DNA of 64,000 nt from Isurus oxyrinchus (taxonomy: Eukaryota). Positions 39,406 to 51,872 of this stretch are shown piece after piece. Within the stretch, counting starts at the first letter, position 1. The number at the start of each line of letters is the position of its first letter. Position numbers and translations under genes: made by a program. The notes beneath the pieces are model-generated. The model searched no databases. It had not been told where the DNA came from and saw only the letters and a list, made by a program, of their open reading frames with translations. Where the stretch lies: positions 41,726,001 to 41,790,000 of the forward strand of contig JANJGN010000013.1 of NCBI GenBank assembly GCA_026770705.1, in the 5' to 3' direction.

Positions 39406-40439
39406 GCAACAGTGGTTCCTTATAAATGACACACTGCTCATCCTGACAGCAAGATTAAGCACAGGTACAACATGGTGAACAGTCTTAGATCATGCCGCAT
39501 GGCGTGAGACGACCCTTGACGTTTTGGTCAACGAAGTTTTAGCATCAGAGAGTGTTGAAGTCACAGTGCACAGAAAAGCTTTGAAGACACAGTGCATATA
39601 TATAGTGCTCAAAAAGCTGGTGAGCAGATAGATCCCTCACGGTGAGTAGGACAGCATGTTGAGAGGATCGGCACCAAGTTAGCTCAGTTGGGAAAGATGA
39701 GTGACCAGGGTGTGGGCTGCCTGAGTCTTCTTATGCACCACTACCCTGTCATATGCCAAAGTCTTTATCGCTATTGTTGTAGGCCCAATGTTTGAAGTTG
39801 TCCGTGTTGTAAATCATGCACTTTCCTAGTGCCATCCCAGTATTACTGGCATATAAAGTGGCACAGTTTTACTGAGAAACAGGGCAAGGGAAAAATATCA
39901 TGGGTCCTGGTACTTCTCCTGGTTCTGGGTCCCTCCTCCCACCTTTTAACCTCTCCCCTCAATCATGCAGTGAGTTGTGAGGCAGGAAAGAGCATGTTGG
40001 CAACAACTGAGATTCATGTTGCTGAAGATACCCAGTACGAAGAGACTAGAGTAGTGTGTGGAATATTTCAGGAGGGGAAAATGGAGTGGGGGAGGGGAAG
40101 GGGATCTTAATGGCAGAATAGCACCTTACTGTATAGGTTACTCTGAGTGCCCTCTTCCTCATGAGTGCAGGGGGAAAGAGTTCAATGTCACACTCTCGGT
40201 AGGAAACCTTATCCACCTGAAGGTCGTGTTGAAAACCCAGGCACATGATGTGAGTGGCTGTCTCAGTGTTTAAGTTCACATTTGGACATTCTGAGGATAT
40301 TGGGCGCCCAAAGTTTCCACGCAGTATTCCACCAGGCAAGGCTCCCCTCCAGTGGTGAAAGGTCAGGAACTGTTCCCTTCCACACAAATCACAGGGAAAT
40401 TCCAAGGGTGAAACAAAGGAGCAAATAACAATCTAGTTC

Positions 40440-40670
40440 CCTCATGACACAGTCAGTGAAAGTTCTGAACTGCATCCAACTGAGTTGGATAAACCAGGAT
40501 GATCCCATCATGTTCCGTGTTGAATTAGCTGACCATCACTGGATAGGTGGTTGGTGCTCTACAAATGGTCATGCATCCTACTCTCCTTCCTGCATATGTA
40601 CATGGACCAGGGAAGGCAAGGAGCCCTAGCCTGACAGTTATCCAGTGGTGGACATTGACATAATGTGATT
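40440..40670 (+). mobile_element. Degenerate AmnSINE2-like SINE
   Basis: ACCAGGA...GTTGAATTAGCTGA...CTACAAATGG...AGGGAAGG...CCTGACAGTTATCCAGTG; weakly similar to 1335-1530. Confidence 0.35.
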
Positions 40671-43600
40671 CTGGGTGGGGGCTGAGGAGCTGGAACATTA
40701 CTTCAGGAAACTGCAAGGCAGGATATGGGAATAAGGCCACATGATGCGTCAGCGCATCTGCAGCCCCCGCAGATTTTTAAGGGCCATGGTCGAGAGTTTC
40801 TGAACTGGGCGTTATTTAAAACAGTCAATTTCTCAGGCCAGTAACTTAATGCAGAGGCAGGTGCTTTAACTTGTTTACCTTGTGCTCCAGGTCTGAAGAA
40901 AGCACCTGCCATGTCCTCTGCCACTACAACAACAAAACCCACCACTAGCAGCCAACAAACAGAACTCCCCTCACATGAGGCAAGCAAGAAAGGAGGGACT
41001 GGGGAATCAGGCATATCCTACTTGGCCAACAATTGCTTGTTATCCTGGCAGTGTGTGTCTTGATCCTGGGCTTCCCTAGCCCACAGGCCCTGATGTGTTG
41101 CACCTTGTGCACTGCTCTCTACTGGGCTCTGCTGAGAAATACCTGCCTATGACTATAAGACAACTTGAACAGAAACCCCTCCTCTACCATCCACTTCTTT
41201 TGTCTACTTACTAAATTGTCATCATTGTTACATTTAACTCCAGGTATAGCCCAGTGATAGTTCCTTCTTGACTTGCACAAGCTGTGGAATGGTGCATGAA
41301 CACATAATTGAAGACTTTTAACAAAATATTACATTTTTAAAAAATCAACTATGCCTTTCTTCATTTTTTTGCTTTCCCTTTCTTCTCCAGTTTGTTTGTG
41401 GGGAGGGGTTGGAGATTCGAGGTGGATGGGAAGGATGGAGAAGATTTGAAAATACAGAACTAAATAGGCAAATAATCCCCAGTGGCATTATCTCTTGATG
41501 CTACATCAATTTTTTCACCCAAATTAGCAGAGCCAGTAATGTTTTATCAATTGAAAGCAGGAAAACTAAGGATTCAATATAGAATAATCGATTCAGATTG
41601 CTTCAATATGCAATATCATCAATGGGTCTCCATCATTCCAAAGAATTTCAGATCTATCTTTATAGTATACCTCCCAATTTCATTTTTTTTATTCATTCAC
41701 GTGATGTGGGCTTCGCTGGCTAGACCAGCATTTATTGCCCATTCCTAGTTGTCCTTGACAAGGTGGTGATGAGCTACCTTCATGAAGTGCCTTCATCTAG
41801 AACTGTAGAGGTGAAAACAAATCCTTTGAGCTGATTCACCCTGAAAGCACTGGGTGAACTGGAAAAGCATCATTACATCTGAGCAACCACCCTGTGTTTA
41901 CTTCCAATGTGATCCAGCATTATGTCATTGAGTTGGGTGTTGTTTCCATTGACTTGCTTATTCCAATTGACAATGGAAACTACAACTCGATTAGAGTTGT
42001 AAATGCTGTAGGTAGCCTAAGTAGCTATGGATGTATTCGCTTAAAGAAATGTCCTTTGTATTTCTCATATTTTAAACTCTAAAGAAGTCAATGTCAAATT
42101 CTGCTGATTGTTGAAGTGAAACAGGTAACCTGTGGGTGTAATGCATGCTGCATTTTTGTAGTATTCCATAATTACACAGATTGTTGCTGTCATGCAACAC
42201 CAATTGAGGACCGCGTGTCTCCCTCAGAGGAAACCTTCTGTTACCCAATAGAGGGTCATGAGCCCTGAGATTATAGATAGGGCAATACATTAATTGTTAT
42301 TGCAATAGGGAAGGAATGCTTTATAATCAAGAAAGCTTCAAATCATTTTTGTAGTAGCAATCTTAAAGGGACAGTCGCTGTAATCATGTTTTTGTTCTCT
42401 AAAAAGGCGAAGCCATCAGATGTGCTATTTTCCAATAGCCCATGAGAGAGCCAACTGATAACTCATGAATGCTGGGTAGATTCACTTGTAGTGAGAAAAT
42501 ATTGTGTTTGTTTATTTACTGAAACATAAAGAAGGCAACACACAACAAAGTAGAGAATTTATTCTTCTCTGTCACATCCCAGTTTTTTACTTAAAAATAA
42601 ATATTCCTGTGACAGACAAACAGAAACTAAAATATTCAAATCTTCAGCAGCAGCGACATTTGCAAGGGATGAGGAAAGGAGCAGACTGCTGAGGAAAAGA
42701 AAGAGGCTCAGAGGCCAGATTAGTGGTTGTTTGGGGCCTAATTCCAAGAGATAATTTTACATTCATCAAGGATGCAAGGCAATGCTTAACAAACTGCTTT
42801 TTTGTTTACACATTATTAAGGGGGAGGTTCTTTACTCTCTGTCCTCTCCTTACTACGCACATGTAAGGTGTCATAGGCAATGAGTGAATTTGTGTTCATG
42901 TGTGATGTGAGTGAAAAGTTAATTTTATTAAAATGTCTTATTATTTCAATGTTCACGTACAGTGTTGAGATCTCTCAGTATTTGATACTTAGAGAACACT
43001 GATTGAGTTAATTGCTTTAATTCAGACACTAAGGAGATTGCAGTCCCCCCAGTAATTCCATACAAATGCCACTTAATGTAAGTACAATGTGGCAGTTGCA
43101 GAGCCAATCCAGCTTTAATGCTGCTATTATACTGACTTGCTTTCCACAGGCATCAGAAATAGCCACATCTGAAGTGGAAATGTTCACTGTGAGCCAACAC
43201 TACAGATGCACTAATATTTAAAAGAGCTCTTTTGATAAGAATACACCATTACCGGCAGCAGCTAAAAATGGTTTATGATGGTTTAGAGTATGATTTGCCT
43301 CTTACCTCCTCTCTTTTGTTGAAGTTACATATGAAATGATTTCCTGTTCAATGGTTGGGTGCTAATGAATCTGGCAGGCATTGTATCCATACACTGTGGA
43401 TTTTATTCTCTAGTTTATCTGCTTATTTTATTTTCAAGACTAGTTTTAAGCTCCTGATTGTGACAGCAACAACTATGGGAGGTGTTGTCATGTAAACAGA
43501 AAGATTGTTATAACTGGATTGTTATAAATGGTCAATAAAATATTTTCAGGCCATGAAAATATAATATGGGTATTGCTGGCTGTTTTAAAAGCACTGCTTC

Positions 43601-44316
43601 TGATGGTGGAGCGACAACCATCCATTTGAAAATATGGCAACATTCTTTGTCAACTTGGCCCATCAATTCTCTGAGATAAAGATTATTACTTGCTTTCTCT
43701 CTGAAGACCAGAAACGTGTTTTACCACTACACTGTATGTCATAGTGAGCTGCTATACCCTGAAAATGACAGGTACCTATTTAAGCCCCCTGTTCGATTGT
43801 AACTGTTTATTCAGGCTTCCGCAATATGATTAATTGTTCATATTTTGTGAATGAGTGCTCTTTCTCACCATTCCTCCTCTGAAACTAAAATTTTGCTTCA
43901 AACCCGCAGAACTCTCTATTGCTCTGAATCTGGCTTCTCCCATTTGCTGTCTACCCTTCAATTGATTGTCATGTCTTCAGTGCACTAGGCCCCTTGCTCT
44001 AGCATTCCTCTCTAAACCCTCCTGCCTCTCCACCCCATAGCTGAGATGTTCTGCAATTCTCCCTTGCTACCTTCCCCTCGAGCTTTAAGACTCTTCTTAA
44101 AACTCATCTCTGACCCAGTTTTTTCCTATCCCTCCTAATAATCTGCTTTTATCTGAGCATATATCTAATTAAATTTGTGAGACACCTTGGCACTTAAGGT
44201 CCCCCCACACCCTGCCTTGCTCCCCACACCCAGGAGCAGCACGAGATCCTGCCTGTAATGTTATTGAAAGTAATTACTGAGAGAGCTCTGGCAAAAGCAA
44301 ATAGAAATGGTGAAAT

Positions 44317-44517
44317 AAAAGCAAAAAATTGCGGATGCTGGAAATCCAAAACAAAAATAAAAACGCCTGGAAAATCTCAACAGGTCTGACAGCATCTGTG
44401 GAGAGGAACACAGTTAACACTAAGTTAACTAAGAGTCCTACGGACTCGAAATGTTAACTGTGTTCCTCTCTGCAGATGCCGTCAGACCTGCTGAGTTTTT
44501 CCAGGTATTTTTATTTC
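44317..44517. mobile_element. Palindromic Penelope-like end with 14-bp TSD
   Basis: TSD AGAAATGGTGAAAT at 44303-44316 and 44518-44531; arms ~44355-44419 and ~44452-44515 are reverse complements. Confidence 0.75.
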
Positions 44518-44610
44518 AGAAATGGTGAAATGATTGTCGCTGAGAAATTCTGGTGAAACTGATAATAATCTATTAAAGTAGTATTCAATAGCTGATCTTT
44601 CCTTACAACA

Positions 44611-45074
44611 GTGCCACAGCTAGCTCAGTTGGCAGTGCCTTAACCTCTACATCACAACGTTCCAGGTTCAAGTCCCACTTTAGGGCTTGAGCACAAAAAT
44701 CAATGCTGACACTCCAGTACTGAGGGATTACGCTGTTGGAGGTGTTGTCTTGTGGATGACACATTAAACCAGAGGCCCATCTCCCTGCTTGGGAGGGTGT
44801 TAAAGATCCCATGGCACTATTTTGAAGGAGAGCAGGGGAGCTATCCCTGATGGCCTGGCCAATAGTCATCCCTCAATCTATGTCACAAAAAACAGATTAT
44901 CTAGTCATTATCGCATTACTGTTTGTGGGAATTTGCTGAATGCAAATCAGCTGCTGCATTTCCTGCATTACAACAGTGACTACACTTCAAAAAGTACTTC
45001 ATTGGCTGTAAAGCACTTTGAGACATCCAATGGTCATGAAAAGTGCTTTTTAAATGCAAATCTTTCTTTCTTTT
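44611..45074 (+). mobile_element. Full-length DeuSINE (SacSINE1-like)
   Basis: A box TAGCTCAGTTGG, B box GGTTCAAGTCC, Deu-domain AAAGATCCCATGGCACTATTTTGAAGGAGAGCAGGGG, L2-type tail with (TCTT)n. Confidence 0.85.
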
Positions 45075-46175
45075 AACAGCTGTGAAACACACAACACTGT
45101 GCGTGCATGATGAAAGCAGCTAGGCTCAGCACAGGTTCTAGGATTGATTGCCTTTTCCTTCTCCATTCTAAGTTCCAGGGAGAGCCTCTAGTGTAAACCA
45201 CACAGTGAGGCCCATTTCTGCTTTAAGCAGTCGTAGGTCCGATGGATCTGGCAGAGATGCATCAGGCAGAATTCTTCAGAAAGCCTTGAACTGGCCCCAA
45301 GCCAAAGTGATGTGACTACAGAAGGCCGAGGAAGTGTGGCTCCTTCCTTGGTCAGGACTTTGTGGCCAATTTTAAGGGGTGGGAATCTGTTGGGTCACGT
45401 CCCCACCAGAGTTCTGCTGGAATTCTACCTGAGTGTCTCCATTGCCTAAACTTTCTTCTCCTTACCCTTAGCACCAGCAAAAAGATTTACGCATTTAAAA
45501 AAATGTTTCTTCTATCCTTATTTTAAGCTACTCTGTGGTCACCCTGGATTTTGTTACATTATTTCTTGCTCTCCTGAATGCAGTGTCTTTTGCCAGTTTA
45601 AGATTTCATACATGCAGGTCGGCCTCCTGTATGTTGATTGTGCATTGGGCTCAGTACAGAAAGGCATCAGAGCTAAATGCAATCTTGCCTGTGCATAATG
45701 TCCAGCCATGTGCATGGCCAAGAGATTGAGATCAGAAATTAGAACCTACCAATCTGACAACTTTGAACAATTTCTGACTCTTGACCATTCATCGCCTCTT
45801 GTAACATTGAGTGTAACACTTTCACTGCTACGGCTATGGAGTTAAGCTAAATCAGTACAAAATGAGGATCAAACCTTAGCTCTCTTGCCCTGAAGTGCTT
45901 AGCAACAGTTCATAGGCTTGTCAATGCCACATTGGGCCAATTGCTAGAATGAATTCTGGTTGACTCACCTGTGATCATTTCATCTGTCCATGGGTGAAAG
46001 TACTTTGCCATCAGTTGACCTTCTCACAATGATGTAGCTAAAATCAGCAGCAGAATTTTTCACCGAGTGGGCGGGCGCATGCCCAACCCACTCAAGCGTA
46101 AAATAACGTGTGATGACGTTGGGTGAGTGTCCCAACGTCATCAGGCACTCACGCGATATTTCAGTTGGCGGGTTG

Positions 46176-47094
46176 GAGACACCCCATGCCAACCACTCTG
46201 AAGGTCACAGTGGCCCTCAACTTCTATGCCTTTGGCTTTTTCCAGGGCTCAGTGAGGGACTTGTGTGGAGTCTCCCAATCAGCTGTCCACAGTTGCGTCA
46301 AACTGGTGACAGAAGCTCTGTTCAGGCGGGTATTGACTTTCCTTCATTTCCATACAGATGAGGCCAGCTAGGCTGAGAGAGCCAGAGGTTTTGCAGTGAT
46401 TGCTGGGTTCCACCACGTCCAGGGTGCAATCAACTGCACACATGTGGCCATCAAGGCACCAGCGAGTCAGCCAGGTGCCTTCGTTAACAGGAAGTGATTC
46501 CACTCCATGAACGTGCAGATTGTGTGTGACCACAGGATGCAGATTCTGCAAGTCTGTGCAAGGTACCCAGGCAGCTCCCATGATATGTACATTCTGAGAC
46601 ACTCCCAGGTGCTGAGACTCTTCAGTGCTCCAGCCTGGCTGGATGAATGGCTGCTGGATGACAAGGGCTATCCCTTGAAAAGGTGGCTTATGATGCCTCT
46701 CTGCCCCCCAAGAACAGAGGTAGAACAGCGATATAACAGGAACCATGCCTCCACAAGGCCGGTGATAGAGAGAACAATAGGTCTTCTGAAGATTCACTTC
46801 TGAAGCCTGGACCATTTAGGGGGCGCACTGCAATACCCCCCAGAGTGGGCATCATTGATCGTGGTCAAATGCAACACTCTCCACAATCTGGCACTGGCAA
46901 GGGGAGACCCACTGGAGAAAGAGGATCTTGACGCAGCTCCAGAGGCCACAGATGATGAATCCAGTAGTGAGTCAGAAGAGGAGCATGGTGAGGAGAATGC
47001 TGAGGGCGTGGACGCAGACCTCAGCAACCTTGAGGGAGGAAGGGACACCAAAGACGCCTTGATCCAACGCTCCTTCAGCTCGGCTGCCAAATAA
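46176..47094 (+). pseudogene. Harbinger (HARBI1-like) transposase lacking its N-terminus, with in-frame stops
   Basis: ORFs 46123, 46507 and 46855 share one frame; GAINCTH, HSMNVQIVCD, YPGSSHD, DKGYPL, VIERTIGLLK. Confidence 0.92.
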
Positions 47095-47381
47095 GCATTA
47101 CCACCTCATGCCAGGGCTGCTGCCTCCATCCTGGATGTCTGAAATGACACTTTCTTTTGTTCCCAAAGTTCACTCAGTGCCTGTTCAGAGCCATCCACAT
47201 CCAGCATTACATACTGGCGTATCCTGCACAACATTAAATAAAAAAGGTGAAGCATAATCAGTCCATTATGACAAAAGAAAATTTATCGCACATTGACAGT
47301 CCAAATAAATTAACAGAACCCTCTCTGGTCTTCAACCCCAGACCAGTACACATAAACAAAACATAGCACAATAGATCTTTA

Positions 47382-49120
47382 CTATAACCAGTCCCTCTTG
47401 TGCTCATGGTGCCTTAAACTTATGTTTGCAAGTGCTTCGTCTTGATGCTTCCCCCTTGCTGGCACCGGAATTGGAAATAGCCTGTCCACTCTGCTGTCCT
47501 GTTGGCCTTGATGACTTTGGCGGTCGTCCTCTGGCCAGTGGAGCCTATGCTGGTCCCACCTGGAAGGGAGCGGACAGTGCAATGGCTGGCATCTCCCCAG
47601 TCGCCGCAGCCTCATCAGATGCCTTGGTCACTGTCAGAGGGGCGGAGGAGCTGCTGCCGTCATCCAGAGCGCCCTGAGAGGAGCCCACAGAGACGTTAGG
47701 CAGCTTGCGCGCTAACATGAGGTTGCTCTGGATATCCCTGCTCACCTAGTTGAGATACTGGGTGCCTCATCCATCTCCCACACTGATGCTAATCACCTGA
47801 GGTCAGTGTCTGTATGAGGGCTTGCAGGTCCGAGCACAACCCCAGGAGCCCCTGATTCTGTTCCTGGAGCTGCCTCTCCATGAGGAGGCATTGCATTCGG
47901 CCATGAGGGTCAACACAGCGCTCATGCTCTGCATGGACTCCTCCATAAAAGACACCATGGCACTCATACGCTCATGGATCTCTGTCAGATCCTCCCGCAC
48001 ATCCCGATGGACATCCAGCATCTGCTGCCTCATAGACGACTCCAAAGGCTCATCAACTGCTTTCAATTCAGCATTTTCTTGGTATCCAGCAGCCCTCCGA
48101 CTGCTAGAGCCCTGGGCACTCTCTGCCTCGCCAGCACCTCAAGCGAGTGTGAAGTGCCCTCACCATTGTGCACTGACATTCTAGCTGAGGATCTAATTCC
48201 CACCGAGCTGCTAGTATCTGTGCAGGTGCCAACTGAGAGAGCGGGTGTGACACAGGTGCATGTGGAGTCTGGCAGTCCTCTGGCATTAGGGGTGGGTCTT
48301 CTGGGTCCTGCGATTGGGTAGAAAATCTAAGGGAGAACAATAACATGTCATTAGTTAAAGTCATCTCGCACTGTCACTGTGCATGCCAGGCACCCTGGTG
48401 AGACAATGGAGATCTACATCATGGTGCCATCATCTTCCATTGATCAATGGGAATCCAGTTTTGAGGCTCCCATCAATGATGAGATTACACAAGAATATTT
48501 GCACCATCCAAAATTCTCACCTTTGTGCACTGCACTCTTACCTTTTTATGACACATTAGCCTCTCCGTGGCCGGTTGACCAAGATGCATGCCGGCACTCC
48601 ATCTCCAAGGCATCCTGCTCGTACCTCGTGAGGATTAGGAGGTTTTGGGGGCTTCTGCTGGTCCACAGCCTTTCATTGTTGTTATGGGCCGTCTTCTGCT
48701 GAAAGGACAGGGGTGCATTAATTAATCCACTCTCTATCTGCAGCGCCATTACAGCCTGGCCAACCCTACCTAAGGAGCACCTTGCTGGGCAAGTTGTGGC
48801 CCATAAGCCACAAGGCACTCAGTCTAAGCAGCCAGGGCTCACCCCCTAGGCCAGCTCTGGCGTCATTGACAGTTGACACGCAGACTCTAACACACCTGAG
48901 CTCCACAGCCAGACCTTAACATTTCAACACACTGACCCATGCCAACACGGTGCTCACCCTTCCTGAGCTCAGCAGGTCGTTAAACCTCTTGCGGCCCAGG
49001 TGCATCGCACAATATCATGGCTGCTGACAACGTGACCAGCTCTTTCCAAGCTCTTTTTGTTGGGTGTGCTGGCCTCCTCCTTCCATCCCTGAGGACAAGG
49101 GTGTCCCTCCTGGCAGCCAC
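47382..49120 (-). pseudogene. Harbinger Myb/SANT-like gene, spliced, disrupted
   Basis: VAARRDTLVLRDGRRRP...KRAWKELV (48980-49165); KTAHNNNERLWT..LTRYEQDALE (48546-48818). Confidence 0.7.
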
Positions 49121-49737
49121 CTTCAGTGCTCCAGCCTGGCTGGATGAATGGCTGCTGGATGACAAGGGCTATCCCTTGAAAAGGTGGCTTATGATGCCTC
49201 TCTGCCCCCCAAGAACAGAGGCAGAACAGCGATATAACAGGAACCATGACTCCACAAGGCCGCTGGGTCAGCATTGGACCCACTCGCCTCTTCCCGACCA
49301 GTGAGCAGCCGTGTTTCATGCAAGGCGGCCCTTAATTGGCCTGCCAGCGTGAAATCGCGGTCAGGGGCCGATCGCGGGCAGCGGTCCATTTCCCGGCCAC
49401 TCCCAGGCCTGCCGACTGCGCCCACCCGCCGAAATGAAATTTCTGCCCCAGGAATTTATTGGGATCACTACTGCTTTCCACTCCTGTGATGGTGCCACAC
49501 TTTGATCTTCTAATTGTTGCAAACTTTTTCACTCTTTGCTTTACATCTCCAGGCTAATGCACTATTTCATATCTACAAGAAGGCAGACAGACCAGCTTAT
49601 GCCACACATCCATCAATGTCTCCTGGTCCAGTTTATTTATCCCCATAGTCACTTAATAAAATTGATCCCTGTTACTTTCCTGGCGTAACTGATATTTACA
49701 AACCTTGTGTTTGTGAGCCTTCTAAGTTCACCCACGT

Positions 49738-50210
49738 AGTTGTTGGAAGCCAATCATCTCAGCCCCAGGACATCACTGCAGGAGTTCCTAGATCCAAGCA
49801 TCTTCAGCTGCTTCATCAATGACCTTCCCTCCAGCATAAGATCAGAAATAGAGATGTGCACTAATGATTGCAGTGTTTGTTGCCATACACAACTCCTCAG
49901 ATACCGAAGCTGCATAGAGCAAGACCTGGACAATATTCAGGCTTGGGTTGATAAGTGGCAAGTAACATCTGAACCACGCAAATACCAATCAATAGCCATC
50001 TCCAGCAAGAAAGAATTTATACTGTTGTTCCTTCACAGTTGCTGGATCAAATTCCTGGAACACTCTCCCTAACAGCACCGTGGGTGTACCTAAGGCACAT
50101 GGACTGTTGTGGTTCAAGAAAGCTATTCACCTTCTCAAGGGCAATTAGGGACAGGCAACAATTGCTCACTGTGCCAGGGATGCTCATATCCAAAGAACAA
50201 ATTGTTAAAA
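49738..50210 (+). mobile_element. Family-B LINE fragment with internal deletion
   Basis: PSIFSCFINDLPS...QDLDNIQAWVDKWQ joined directly to the 3' tail. Confidence 0.8.
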
Positions 50211-50289
50211 AGTTGTATAAAAGCTAACGGGGGGAAGGCTTCCTTATCAGCTTAATCCACTTCCCTAAATAGAAGGAATTCTTCTCAAA

Positions 50290-51872
50290 AATAAATTTTA
50301 TTCATAAAATTTGTAAAAATACAATACAATGAATCTGATGTCACACAAACTGCAATACAGATTATTTTCCTTGCACAGTACATGACACTGTAAGATGCTT
50401 AAAATTATAGGTCAGATTTACAATTTCCATTTCATTTCATACATTGTCTGATATCTGTGACCCAGGGGTTTTACGGGGGTTCCAGTCCCTTGTTTTCTGT
50501 GGCGCAATGGCCTTAGACTGTGGCTTTTCCCCATTGAGCCTTTGAGGTGGCTGCCCCAAGCTTTAGTGCATCCCTCAGTGCATAGTCCTGGGCCTTGGAA
50601 TGTACCAGACTGCAACACTCAGTCATGGGCAGCTCTTTGCACTGGAAAGCCAACAGATTTTGGGCAAACCAACGAGCACCTTTCACTGAGTTGATGGGCT
50701 CTAGCAGCAGTTGATGCTTATTTCTATCTGTGTCCCTGGAAGTAGTCTACAGAGCACAGAGTCCTGCATTACAGAGCTGATTGGGGTGAAATACAACAAA
50801 AGCCATTGCATTTTTTTCCAGGCATCCTTTGCAAAGGCATATTCCAGAAGGGGGTGAGCAACAGTCTCTTCCCCAGCACAGTCACCACAAGGACAAAGTG
50901 CAGAAATTATGAGATGCCAGATGTGCATGAAGGATCTCATGGGGAGAGTTCTCCTCGCTGCCAACCAACCGATGTCTTGGTGGTTGTTTGAAAACTCCGG
51001 CAATGAAACATTTTGCCAAACAACTTTGACAGTCTGTTCAGGGAACCATCTGACACAATCCACCATTTCCTTTAGCTGCAGGGCCTCAGGCATTTTGCGT
51101 GCTGAACATTGCCTAATGGATCAAGGTCAAAAGTGTTTCTTTGCACAACCTTTTTCACAGTGATGGGTGGTATAGCACAGTCCAGTTGAATGGAGCATTC
51201 CAAGGCAATCCATCCTTCACAATACTGGGGACAGGTAGAACCTCAGCACATAGTGACATGGTTTTTGCATACCAAGGGTCTACAGACAGCTTAAAGTAGC
51301 TCCACATAATGGTGGACCTCAGGATGAGAGTAACATTGGGTACATTTCTCCCCCCTTTGTCTTGTGATTTGTACATGGTGTTCTTGCAGACAAAGTCTAA
51401 TTTTGATCTTCAGTTAAAATGCAAGGTGGCTCAAGTGACCGCTACAACTCAGGAGAGGGGTAATAGCCAAACCTGCAACAATGCTGAGAGCACCTCACAT
51501 CTGTTGAGCAGATCCTTCCCCATGATGGAGAGGGAATGTCATTCCTACCTGCCCAGTTTCTGTCTGATTATAGCTATTTGCTCCGCCATGCCCCTCAGTG
51601 AAGGGGACAAAGAATGGGTTGGCCCAGTTCCCAAAAACATGGCCTTACCCTTGGCACAGTTTACTTTAGCTCCTGAGACCAGTTTGAACTTATCGGAGGT
51701 GCTCATCAGTCGTAAAGCAACAGCGGATCCAAGCAGAAGATGCTGATGCATCCATGTACAGGGAGGCTTTGATCTGTGTGTCTCCAAAGTCTGCGATTGT
51801 CACCCCTATTGTACCCCTGATGGACTTGTCGGAAGGGTCAACACAACACGCGAACAAGCTGAGGAGAAGGGA
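50290..51872 (-). mobile_element. L1/Tx1-clade LINE, 3' part of ORF2 plus 3' UTR
   Basis: QIKASLYMD, SGAKVNCAKGKAMF, zinc-finger region CPCGDCAGEETVAHPLLE (50701-51093). Confidence 0.85.

Larger units (their letters stand above)
46048..49448. mobile_element. PIF/Harbinger transposon 3 with CAG TSD, internally deleted
   Basis: TSD CAG at 46045-46047 and 49449-49451; termini CAGCAGAATTTT / AAATTTCTGCCC; transposase (+) converging on Myb-like gene (-). Confidence 0.88.

Noticed and set aside
39560-39620. V(D)J recombination signals (CACAGTG heptamers)
   Set aside because: No properly spaced nonamer and no Ig/TCR segment nearby
39420-41200. Possible degenerate minus-strand LINE
   Set aside because: Only faint RT-like hints; too decayed to call
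44611-44690. tRNA gene
   Set aside because: The A and B boxes are the SINE head; no convincing cloverleaf
46176-47094. Domesticated HARBI1 gene
   Set aside because: In-frame stops, missing N-terminus, mutated catalytic Asp, and TIRs/TSD still present
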